A stretch of DNA of 64,000 nucleotides. Origin: Octopus vulgaris. Lineage: Eukaryota. The notes beneath the pieces were generated by a model. The model ran no database searches. It had not been told where the DNA came from and saw only the letters and a program-made list of their open reading frames with translations. How positions within the stretch are numbered: the first letter of the stretch is position 1; each line of letters starts with the position of its first letter. The position numbers and the translations under genes were made by a program. The stretch is taken from positions 1,488,001-1,552,000 of the forward strand of contig OX597834.1 of the NCBI GenBank assembly GCA_951406725.2, written 5' to 3'. Of the stretch, positions 33,747 to 44,450 are shown piece after piece.

Positions 33747-34229
33747 TCTGTCTCTTCTCACCCAAAATATTTGTCTCTTTTTCAATTCGTTTATTTCCGT
33801 GTTTCTTTGCTTTTATATTTCTCCGCCTCTTCCTCCTCCCCCTTTAGTGGAGAATTCTAGACATTATTTCCTGCAGTTCATTTTTTTTTGTTTTTGTTTG
33901 TTTTGTGCTAGTTTAACTCAACAGTTTCTGATTCAATGATTTGTCACGAAATTCTTTTTTTTTCCCTGGAATGACCAGCAATAAACACACACACGCGCAC
34001 ACAGGCATACACATACGGGGAACATACGTACATATATACGTATATGGGAATAGAGAGAGAGAGAGAGAGACTGAGAGATAGACAGATAGATGGTTGTCTG
34101 TACATCATGAATGTATTGAATATATTTATGTGTGTCTGTATGTGTGTATATATGTGTGTGTGTGTGTGCGTATAAATATATATGTATGCATGTATGTATA
34201 TATATGTATGTATGTATCTATATACACAA

Positions 34230-34310
<81 letters not shown>

Positions 34311-34609
34311 CTCATATATGTATGTTGTAATGTCACTGACTCTATATGTATGTGAATACACCGGCTTATGTGAGGGGTATGCTTTGGCGCGCACGAACGT
34401 ATATGTGTGTGTGTGCGCGTGCGCGCCTCCTCACACATTTTCACACAAAAATGAGAATACGAACAATATTTCTATGACAAAACGGAATACAATTCTCTGA
34501 CGTCACAATGGAGAAGAAAATGGAATACGTGCGGAAATAAATCTCTGGAAATCTTTTCCGATCTCTTTCTTTTCATTTTCCTCTCTGCAGCTTCATACAC
34601 ACAAACACA

Positions 34610-34644
<35 letters not shown>

Positions 34645-34709
34645 ATGTATGCATATATATCTGTTTAATTTATATAATCATACTTAATACATATGAACTT
34701 ATCCCTGTG

Positions 34710-34746
<37 letters not shown>

Positions 34747-34820
34747 GTATATGTATATGTATATGCATATGCATATGTATGTATATGCATATGCATATAC
34801 ATATATGTATATATATGTAC

Positions 34821-34859
<39 letters not shown>

Positions 34860-35022
34860 TATATATATATATATATACATACATATGCATATACATATAC
34901 ATATACATATACATATATATATATATACATATATATATATGTGTGTGTGCATGTATGTATATACGTATGCATGCATGCATGAATGCATGAATGTATGTAT
35001 GTATGTATGTATTTATGTATGT

Positions 35023-35663
35023 CAGGTCATTTTCGAGTGCTACTGGTAACATGACACCCAGTGCAACCTGTTGCATGGTCGGGTCGTCGGCGACTAAACT
35101 GGCAACCCCCAAGCCTGCTTGGTGAGGAGGGTGTTTATTGGACACCCTGCGGGATGAAAAACAAAACCCGTCAAAGGGCGGAGGAACTCTTGAGAGTCAA
35201 CGGTCATCCAATAAATGTCTTAAGGCTGTATCATGTGCGGGGACATAGAAATAATCGGACTGAATACCCGATCGCGCGGTTAAACTATTGGAAGTGAAGG
35301 ACTCCTAGCCTTTGTTAGAGCAGCCTTCTAGGAGAAGGTAACTCAGGTAACTGGGATAACTCCGACATAAAATCTGCGGCTCAGTGGTTACCGATGATGT
35401 TGACTTGTTCTTTTCGGATTATGGCTGCTGTTGCTCAATGAGTGGGATTGACGCAGTGCACAGCCTTTCCTCACTTTAAAAAAAAATCTTCCTGCACAGG
35501 CATTGCACGATAACAACATTGTTCATGATTGTTGATGGTGCTGTGAGTCTCAACTGAATAGCTGGCTGTAGCCTTAAAAAGCAAATAAAGTCACATTCGA
35601 TCACAGCACCAATAACAGTTAAGCTTCGTGCAATGGCCATACTCGATAACGAGGGGCAGCCAT
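35023..35663 (+). mobile_element. Short non-autonomous RTE-like element inserted in (TATG)n
   Basis: (TATG)n on both sides; related to 5733-5918; HDV-like fold at the 5' boundary; no ORF. The RTE affinity is inference. Confidence 0.65.
35025..35102 (+). ncRNA. HDV-like ribozyme fold
   Basis: P1 GGTCAT/ATGGTC; P2 CCAGT/ACTGG; P3 GCA/TGC with loop ACCTGT; P1.1 CC/GG; P4 TCG(TCGG)CGA; J4/2 CTAA with candidate catalytic C at 35094. Confidence 0.72.
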
Positions 35664-36003
35664 CATGTATGTATGTATGTAGGCATCTATGTATGCATGC
35701 ATGCATGTATGTATGCTGCATTATTTATCCATTAGAACCGATTTCACGACAGGAATTGGGTGATAAACTATGTCGGCGCTCGTCAGAGAGGTTGGTATAG
35801 AAAGTTTGGTGACAGTTTCCTGGTATTGAATGTCAACAATCTGAATCACACACACACACACATTAATACGAAGAGATACACACATATATATGTACGAAGA
35901 AACACACCACTCAGTATTGTATGAGCGTTTACGTATCTTCGTAGATGCATACATATACGCACTCAAACTAGTTTTTATGATCCTGTTGAAACTGTGTAAT
36001 AAC

Positions 36004-36202
36004 CCTTTCTACTAAAGGCACAAAGCCTGAAATTTGGGGCTAGTCGATTACATTGACCTCAGTGTTTCACTGGTAGTCAATTCATCGACCCCGAAAGGAT
36101 GAAATGCAAAGTCGACCTCGGCGGAATTTGAACTCGGAACGTAGCGACGGGCGAAATACCGCAAGCTTTTCATCTAGCTGACGTTTCTACCAGCTCACCG
36201 CC
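36004..36202 (-). mobile_element. tRNA-derived SINE
   Basis: Minus strand begins GGCGGTGAGCTGGTAGAAACG (A-box-like), has B-box GAGTTCAAATTCC, then the core GTCGACTTTGCATTTCATCCTTTCGGGGTCGAT. A second decayed copy lies at 23237. Confidence 0.8.
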
Positions 36203-36705
36203 TTGAAACTGTGTAATAGTAAAATGCGAAAATAAGAATCGTAAAAAATTATGTAAAACAGTAAAAAAATTATGTCTTTTTCCACAGAAAAATATAGGTA
36301 CGCTGGGTGAAGAGATATATACACAATTATTTGCCGGGTGTATAAAATGTGGGGTGGGGCGTGTGTGTAATATGACAATTGTCAACAAGTCACAGGTAAG
36401 GTTTCTTAAGGGTTAGGGGACATAAACGATGGAATCGCCCTGGAAGGAAATCTAATTATATGAGGATGTAATAATGCATGATGGGAAATGCTCAGAATAA
36501 AAAAAGCAATAAAAGCAATGCTGTATTAATTTTTGCAAAAATGCAAATTATTCCATGCACAGCCTTGTTCGAAGTAGGTTGATGTCCGTTAGAATTGTCA
36601 GAGTAGAAGTGTTACTTGAGATGTTTAGATGTTGAACGGACGATTAACATTTCATTGTATACAAATACTTATAGGAACGTTTGTTCATTTACATGAGCGT
36701 ATGTT

Positions 36706-36797
<92 letters not shown>
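36706..36797. repeat. (GATA)n, first spacer of the Tx1 array (others: 38040-38127, 44029-44119, 50029-50120, 52995-53145, 59036-59135)
   Basis: Pure GATA runs at every element junction. Confidence 0.97.
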
Positions 36798-38039
36798 TGT
36801 TTCTTTATTAGCCACACAGGGCTGCACACAGATAGAACAAATTACAAGGTAGAGCTTTTCTTTTGAAGGTTTAAAAAAAAAAAAAAAAAAAAGGAAGGGG
36901 GAGTTTCGATCAAAAGGGATCGTAAAAGGAGAGAAAGAGGACAAAAAAAAGGGGGGTTAAAAAAAAAAAGGGGGAGAGGAAAAAAAAAATTGATCAATAG
37001 GGATCGTTATCACAGAAATGTCAATATGAAGTGTAAAGGGGAGGACAGGTGAGGTTTACCCGTGGAAAGAAAAGCCTACGGAAAAGACCACGGTAACCTC
37101 GGTCAATGAAGTCACATTTTATACTTCTTTTTTTTTTTTTTTTTTTTGCAAATAAGCAACTCTCTGTTTTCGATTTCTGGGTTCATAGGACTATGCTCAA
37201 GGTGGCTTCGTCATTCATACGTGCCATTCTTGCTACATTCACCCATCTTTTTTTAAAACATTCGCTAGACAAAACTTGCCTCTCTACTCTCACTTTCCTT
37301 TTCAAGTGGTACTTGAAGAAGTTGATGAGAGATTGACCAGAGAGGAAAGTGTTTGTCTCCAATCCTTTCAGACGCGTCCACCAGATACATTCTTTCGCCA
37401 TAGCCACAAGGATGATGAAAATAGCTCTTCCTTCCCGTTTGAAGGAAGGAGGCGTGACAATATTGACGATAGACTCAGCTGATAAACCGACTCGTCCCAC
37501 ACGTGACAGCAGTTGTTCGACATAAGCCCACAGGTCGGAAATTGTTGGACACTGAACGAGTGCGTGCAGAACGGTTTCGTCGCTCTGACCGCATCTCGGG
37601 CAGGTCGGCCCCGTGTTTCTCGAGCCGTGTCTGTAGAGCTTATCCCGAACGGGTAGCGCTTCTCGGTAGCACTGCCAGGCCAGGGATCTCTGGAAGTTGT
37701 CCATGGGCCCTGGCCCGAAAGTCGTCCTGAACAGGCGGGTCAGGTACTCCTCGTCGACGTCCAGGTTCGCCCCGAGCTCGTCGTCGTACCTCCCCTCCAC
37801 TAAACCCCTATAGAATGCTTTGGTTGTGTTGAAGTCACTTAAGGTCGACCCAGGACGGCAGAGTTGCTTGAGAGCAACGCGACACTCGCGGTGCCATTCG
37901 CCCTTCCTCGGCCTCTTTTTGATCCACGACTGCAGTTCGGTCATGGAGACGAGCTGCGGGAAAGCGTGCCTCACAAACGGCGACCACACCTGTTCACCGT
38001 CGTCTACATAGAGCCAGAGATGCCGCAGTCTCAGCGCGT

Positions 38040-38040
<1 letters not shown>
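36798..38040 (-). mobile_element. Tx1-type LINE family A, 5'-truncated (1.24 kb)
   Basis: ORF2 C-terminus with CPRCGQSDETVLHALVQC, stop at 37183, 3'UTR with AATAAA followed by (TATC)n. Confidence 0.95.
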
Positions 38041-38128
<88 letters not shown>

Positions 38129-38437
38129 CTTTTTATTGTAGCCACACAGGGCTAAACACAGAATAAAAATGGACGAAATACAATGTAGAATTTTTCTTTT
38201 CGAGGTGGGATGGGTGGGGCAAGAAAAAAAAAAAAAAAAAAAAAAAAAAAACGTTTGATCAATAGGGATCTGTGGGTTGTGTGGTGTATAAAAAAGCAAT
38301 ATATATATATATATATAAGGTTCACAGTTTAGGTGTAGTCTTGGAAAGAAAAACCTACAAAAAAGACCAAGGTCACCTCTGGCAATTCGAAAAAGAACAC
38401 ATGAGTAAGTCGCCTTACTTCTCGTTGTCTCTTTTGG

Positions 38438-41400
38438 TTACAGATTTATGCTTAAAATAGTGTCGTCTTTCATACTGACCATTTTTGCCACTTTTACCCA
38501 CTTTTTATTAAAACATTCGTTCGACAAAGCCTTCCTCTCTATTCTCATCCTCCTTTTCAAGTGGTACTTGAAAAAGTTGACGAGAGACTGACCAGAGAGG
38601 AAGGTGTTTGTTTGCAGTCCTTTCAAACGCGTCCACCACACACATTCTTTCGCCATAGCCATCAGCGTAACGAAAACCGTTTTCCCTTCCCGTTTAAAGG
38701 AAGGTGGTGGAACAATATTCACAATAGACTCGGCCGATAGGCGAGCCTGACCTACACGTGACAACAGCTGTTCGACGAAGGACCACAGCTCTGAAATATC
38801 TGGACACTGCACGAGTGCGTGCAGAACGGTTTCGTCGCTCTGACCGCATCTCGGGCAGGTCGGTCCGGTGATGGTTTTCGAACCGTGTCTGTAGCTCTTC
38901 TCTCGAACAGGTAGTGCGTCTCGATAGCACTGCCAAGCCAGGAATTTCTGGAAGTTATCCATAGGCCCCGGCCCGAACGTCGTCCTGAACAGGCAGGTTA
39001 GGAATTCCTCGTCGACGCCCAGGTTTGCCCCGAGTGTGTCGTCGGACCTCCCCTCCACTAGTCCTCTATAGAACGCTTTAGTCGTTTGGAAGTTGCACAA
39101 GTTTGACCCCGGTCGGCAGAGCTGCTGTAGAGCTTGGCGACACTCTCGGTGCCAATCGCCCAGTTTCGGTCTCTTTTTGATCCACGTTTGCAGTTCGGTC
39201 AGTGAGACGAGCTGCGGGAAGTCGCGCCTCACAAACGACGCCCACACCTGTTCACCGTCGTCGATGAATTTCCAGAGATGTCGCAGTCTCAGCGCATGCC
39301 TGCGCATCATCAACCACGGCATGCCCAGTCCTCCATTCAACGGATGTTGACAGCAAATGGACTTCCTCACCATCGGAACGCCACCCTTCCACAGGAAGCG
39401 GAAGAGTATGCGTTCCAGTTTGGTGATGGTGGCGTCGGGACAAGGTACGACGGTCAGGCGGTAATCGATGACGGATGCGATGTACGCGTTCGCCACCTCC
39501 GCCCGGCCTTTTAGAGACAGCTTTCTCTCGGCCCATGTTTGGCTGAGAGCGACCACTCTACTCGTGATCTCGTCCCAGTTCTTATCCATTTGGAGGTCCG
39601 GACTGAACCAGACCCCGAGCAATTTAACCGGTCCGTCCGTCCAGCGTCCCACTACTGAGCCGCAGTCGGACGGCATGGGCTTGCTTCTCCAGGTGCCGAG
39701 TAGCAAACCCACTGACTTTTCCGGGTTAATCTTTGCTCCCGTCACCGTTTCATATTTTCTTAGTGTCTCGCCGACCAGCTCGATGTGCTGGTAGCTCGAC
39801 ACTATGACGGTGACATCGTCCGCATATGCCGACACGCTCGTCCCGCAACCCAGTTCCCGTGGGATGCCCCTCAGTGTCGCCAGCTTCCGCAGTAGCGGCT
39901 CGAGAGTCAATACATACAGAAGCGCCGACAGGGGACACCCCTGACGGACCGAACGCGTGATGTCAAACGGTTTAGACAGGTGACCGTTTACCCGAATCAC
40001 CGATCGGATGCCGCTATACAAGGCAGCGATCCAACCGCGGAACACGGGACCGAAGCCAGCCGCCCTGAGGACGGCCGCCAAGTACCGATGGTCGACCCTA
40101 TCGAAGGCTTTAGACTGATCCAAATTTATCAGCGCCCCACCCATGCCAGGATCCTTAACTACCCTGTCCACAATGTAGCGCATCAGATGGAGGTTGTCAT
40201 GTATGGTTCTGCCCGGCACGGCGCATGTTTGCGCCCTGTCGACCAGTTTACCAATGACAAGCGCCAACCTCTCGGCTATTACTTTGGCCAAAATTTTCAA
40301 ATCTGCGTTGAGCAGAGTGATGGGCCTGAAATTATCTATAAAATTCCCCTTGTTTGAGTCTTTCTTCAGCAACGTCACTGCACCTCGGCTCACGAAACCG
40401 GGGATTCTCCCGTTTTGTTGCCAGTTGCAGTAGACTGATGCCAAGAGGTCGCCAAACAAGTCTGGCATTCGACAATACAGCTCGTAGGGTAAACCATCCA
40501 ATCCAGGCGACTTATCCCTCGCGCAGCCCGCCATCGCATCCCACACGTCAGCGGCTGTGATGGGACTTTCACAACACTCCGCCTCTCTCGCCGAGAGCCG
40601 CGGCAGGTCGGTCAGGTAGGCACTGAAATCCATCCCTCGTTCCGACCCACCACTCGTACCAAACAGTCGAGCAAAGTGCTGTTGAAAGGCCTCACACATC
40701 CTTTCGGGTTCGAGTAAACTGCATCCCTGTTGATCTATTAGAGACCGAATGGTTGATCTGTTGCCACGCTGCGCCTCCGCTACCCGGGCCTCTCGTGCAG
40801 CTTCAATCCCTTCGTTCCTTAAGGCACGCATTTTAGCTCTGACGACGCAACCTTCGTGCTTGGCGTTGAGGTGTTGGTCGAGGGCCATCCTCGCAGCTAG
40901 CACGTTGGTTGCGCTGCCAGTGGTAAGTGCCTCTTCTAGTTTCTTAACTAAGTCTCCCTCTACTCTATTTCGTTCTATCGCTAATTCCTTGCTAAACCTA
41001 ATTGATTCCGATTTTATTGCCATTTTCAGGGCGTACCACCAGCGGTTGTTAACGACCGCTCCCGTCAGCGCCCTCTTAATTAACTCGCTAATCCGGTTCC
41101 TGTAAACCTGTCGCGCTAACAGCGACGTGTTCAGTTTCCAGTAACCGGGACCCTGCCTATGTGTTTTATCTAAGTCGAGCATACACGTAACAAATTTGTG
41201 ATCTGTGTAGCTGACTATTTTAAATTGTGGACATCCTACACTATCCCTATCCGCTGTCCTGCATAGAATTCTATCTAGATAAGATCTCGACGATCCGACG
41301 CGGTTTGTCCAAGTCCACGTTGGCACGTTCGGATGGTCGAGTCGGAACCTGTCAGACAAATGGAAACGTCTGAGCAGGTCTTTGAGGCTCTTACACCCCC

Positions 41401-41887
41401 TTCTATTCCTATCCCTTCCCACATAATCTAGATGCGTGTCCAAGGTAGCGTTCCAATCCCCTACTAACAGTAAAGGTCTAGACGTACCCAGGAAAACCTC
41501 TAGACGTCTGAAGAAATCCGCCCGACCCGTTAAGGACGGTGCATAAACTGCCATCAGACGGAATGCACACCCATTTCTGCCATCCACGTCCAAGACAACC
41601 AGCCTACCCTCCGGGTCTAGGAATATTGCTCTTACTTTTACCTTTAGACTCTTTCGAAAAAGCACCGCAGTACCTCCACCACCCATGTTCGGCAGACAGG
41701 GAGAAAAATAAATGTCAAATTGATTGCCAAACATGGACTCGAGGGCCCGCGGCTTACTGAGTCTGGTTTCACTGATAGCTACTATATCCACGTCCAGTGA
41801 CTTGATGTCGTTTAGAAGGTAACCTTGCTTCCAAGCCGACGCCAAGCCACGCGCATTCACACAACCTAATTTAAGCATACTTGACAT
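38438..41887 (-). CDS. Tx1-type ORF2p, intact, 1149 aa (APE-RT-zinc finger)
   Basis: NARGL, ISET, VYAPS, GDWN, YLDR, YTDH, GYWKLN, KSPGLDGL, FRPITLLN, DQSKAFDRV, RQGCPLS, YADD, GGLG, CPRC...H...C. Confidence 0.96.
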   Translation of the reverse strand: MSSMLKLGCVNARGLASAWKQGYLLNDIKSLDVDIVAISETRLSKPRALESMFGNQFDIYFSPCLPNMGGGGTAVLFRKSLKVKVRAIFLDPEGRLVVLDVDGRNGCAFRLMAVYAPSLTGRADFFRRLEVFLGTSRPLLLVGDWNATLDTHLDYVGRDRNRRGCKSLKDLLRRFHLSDRFRLDHPNVPTWTWTNRVGSSRSYLDRILCRTADRDSVGCPQFKIVSYTDHKFVTCMLDLDKTHRQGPGYWKLNTSLLARQVYRNRISELIKRALTGAVVNNRWWYALKMAIKSESIRFSKELAIERNRVEGDLVKKLEEALTTGSATNVLAARMALDQHLNAKHEGCVVRAKMRALRNEGIEAAREARVAEAQRGNRSTIRSLIDQQGCSLLEPERMCEAFQQHFARLFGTSGGSERGMDFSAYLTDLPRLSAREAECCESPITAADVWDAMAGCARDKSPGLDGLPYELYCRMPDLFGDLLASVYCNWQQNGRIPGFVSRGAVTLLKKDSNKGNFIDNFRPITLLNADLKILAKVIAERLALVIGKLVDRAQTCAVPGRTIHDNLHLMRYIVDRVVKDPGMGGALINLDQSKAFDRVDHRYLAAVLRAAGFGPVFRGWIAALYSGIRSVIRVNGHLSKPFDITRSVRQGCPLSALLYVLTLEPLLRKLATLRGIPRELGCGTSVSAYADDVTVIVSSYQHIELVGETLRKYETVTGAKINPEKSVGLLLGTWRSKPMPSDCGSVVGRWTDGPVKLLGVWFSPDLQMDKNWDEITSRVVALSQTWAERKLSLKGRAEVANAYIASVIDYRLTVVPCPDATITKLERILFRFLWKGGVPMVRKSICCQHPLNGGLGMPWLMMRRHALRLRHLWKFIDDGEQVWASFVRRDFPQLVSLTELQTWIKKRPKLGDWHRECRQALQQLCRPGSNLCNFQTTKAFYRGLVEGRSDDTLGANLGVDEEFLTCLFRTTFGPGPMDNFQKFLAWQCYRDALPVREKSYRHGSKTITGPTCPRCGQSDETVLHALVQCPDISELWSFVEQLLSRVGQARLSAESIVNIVPPPSFKREGKTVFVTLMAMAKECVWWTRLKGLQTNTFLSGQSLVNFFKYHLKRRMRIERKALSNECFNKKWVKVAKMVSMKDDTILSINL

Positions 41888-41966
41888 TTACGAAAATTGT
41901 GTTTTACACACTATATTAGAAGAGACAAGAGGCAAGAAGTGAGGTCACTTACTCATTTTAAAAGTT

Positions 41967-43828
41967 TCATTTTTTTTCTTCTTCTTTTGTATCGTTGTTG
42001 ATGAGGTGTTTGTATAGTTTTTTCGACAGGTATCGTTGATACCCGCCTACCGCATTCGGAAATAATGTTTTCAGTATGTGGTGTTGTGCTTGTGTTATGT
42101 GTAAAATTCTGATGTGTTTCGGTGGTGTGGTGTGCGGATGATTGTTTGTCTTAAAATCATCTTCACAGACGACCATGTTAGATTTGATGTAGTCCATTAA
42201 TTCTTTATTGTCTGTGTCTATTGCAGTTAGTTGTGTGTGTGGTTTTACGGGTTCATTACTTTTTTGATTGTCTAGGGGAATGTTGTCCTGAGTGAGATAT
42301 CTCCCTGCTTTAATTCCTTGTTTGGTGGATTTTTTGGATCTTTTTCTTTTACCCCCTGTGGCTATTTGCCATTCCGTCGAACTTTCTTCGTCCGACGTAT
42401 CAGTATGGGGTAGAGGAAAAAGATCAGGATCACTATGTATGCTTGTATAAATTGTTGATGTTTTGTGCGGTGTTTGTGTTGTTGTGGTGTTAGGGGTAGC
42501 ATTTATCTTCTCGTCAGTGTTTTCTGTCTTTTTAATTGTCGTCCTGGGTGTGGGCGTGGGTCTATTTTTTGTTAATTCAACAGGTTTAATTGGTTGTGAA
42601 GTCAACGGTGATTGTGTTGGTACTGTTTTTCTTGGTGATGTTGTTGGGGTTTGTCTGCTGGTTTGTTGTTTTTCTTGGCGTTGTTCCATAATTGAGTGTG
42701 TTGGTGTTGGTGTTGGCAACAAAGGGATTTTATTTGTTTTCTGAATTGTTCTTTCTTGTTTTTTCTGTACCAGATCGCACTTGGCAATCAAATGTTCGGG
42801 GCTGCCACATTTGTAGCATCTAGGCTTTTTGCCTTCTGCCATAACATATAGGCATTGCCCATTCTCCAAGTATATCTTATCGGGTAGGCTCTCGATAGAG
42901 GCCCCTCAATCTGGATGGTCACAACTACTGTTTTTCCACCCTAATTGTCGTTTAGGTACACGGCTGTTTCTAGAATATTGATCTTTTTCAAGTGGTAACA
43001 GATTGCCCCTGTTATCCATTTGTTCGGCATATCGGGGGGTACATTTCTGATAGTAATTCTACTCACCCTCTGGTTTTTATAATAAGGGACCATGATGATT
43101 TCATCATTTCCCAGAGACTCAGTAGAGTGAGCTTTTGCCACTTCCTGGTTAGGGAAGCGGACAACTACTGTGTTAAACTGGGGACCCCAGTTTATATACT
43201 CTTTTTCTTTCATTATATTTTTTAAACATTTCTCCACATCAGTTTTTGTAATCTGTTCATTTGGTTTTTTGTTTTTTCTAATAATTTTATATACAATTGT
43301 CTTATTTTCAATTTCTTGTTTTATATGTTGAGGTGTATGCAGGACTAAATCTTGTCCACGGGTTGTAAAGAGAGCTCTTGTTTCTATGAGCTCTTCATTT
43401 GTGAATGTAACAATCTCCTTTTTCTGGCGAAGAATATCTGCGAAATTTACTGTTGTTGACTTTTTTGTATTAGCATCTTCACTATTAGATAGTTCATTTT
43501 TATTGTTGTACTTGTTGTTGCTGTTGTTTTTGTCAATAGTTTTCGTTTCAGTTTTATTTTTATCATTTATGTTGGTCGTGGTAGTGGTGGTGGTGGTGGT
43601 GGAGGTGGTGGTGGTAGCAGTTGTTGTCTCGTGGTTGCTGTTGTTAGTGGTGGTGGTGGCGGTGGTGACAGGGCTGTTAACGCACGTGGTTGCAGCGTTC
43701 CTTTCACCGAATTTCACGTTGGCATTTTCCGTGCGAACGTTCTTTTTTTTCTCTGTCGTTTCCAGACTAGGAAAATGTTGTTCCAAAAAAGAACGCGACC
43801 AGCGTTCAACAATAAAATTTCTAGACAT
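41967..43828 (-). pseudogene. Tx1-type ORF1 (gag-like CCHC knuckle), copy B1, with a nonsense codon at 42941 and a frameshift at ~42903
   Basis: CYKCGSPEHLIAKC knuckle; TGG>TAG relative to B2/B3. Confidence 0.88.
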
Positions 43829-44028
43829 TTTCTAATGTCGAGAAGAAAATAACAGAAATGAAATGGGGTCGAAACTGCCCCTAGGGGCGAATTCCTCCCT
43901 TGGAATGGCACTCAAATGAAAGTTGGTTGCCTTACACACCTTATTTGCAAAAATCTACACAAAAATTGGCCTATAAATAGTCAAAATAAATGATTACCTT
44001 CGGAGCTGAAACGACATCACATCCGTCA

Positions 44029-44120
<92 letters not shown>

Positions 44121-44450
44121 CTTTTTATTGTAGCCACACAGGGCTAAACACAGAATAAAAATGGACGAAATACAATGTAGAATTTTTCTTTTCGAGGTGG
44201 GATGGGTGGGGCAAGAAAAAAATAAATAAATAAAATAAAATAAAAAAAAAAAAAAAAAAAAAAAAACGTTTGATCAATAGGGATCTGTGGGTTGTGTGGT
44301 GTATAAAAAAGCAATATATATATATATATAAGGTTCACAGTTTAGGTGTAGTCTTGGAAAGAAAAACCTACAAAAAAGACCAAGGTCACCTCAGGCAATT
44401 CGAAAAAGAACACATGAGTAAGTCGCCTTACTTCTCGTTGTCTCTTTTGG

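Larger units (their letters stand above)
38128..44027 (-). mobile_element. Tx1-type LINE family B, full-length copy B1 (5.9 kb)
   Basis: 5'UTR + ORF1 + ORF2 + 3'UTR; both ends match copies B2 and B3. Confidence 0.96.

Noticed and set aside
36100-36202. Possible tRNA gene
   Set aside because: Has A/B boxes but no convincing cloverleaf, and continues into a SINE core with a second copy at 23237
43900-44027. Possible 5' ribozyme explaining the precise 5' ends of family B
   Set aside because: No HDV or hammerhead fold could be drawn; an internal promoter is a sufficient explanation
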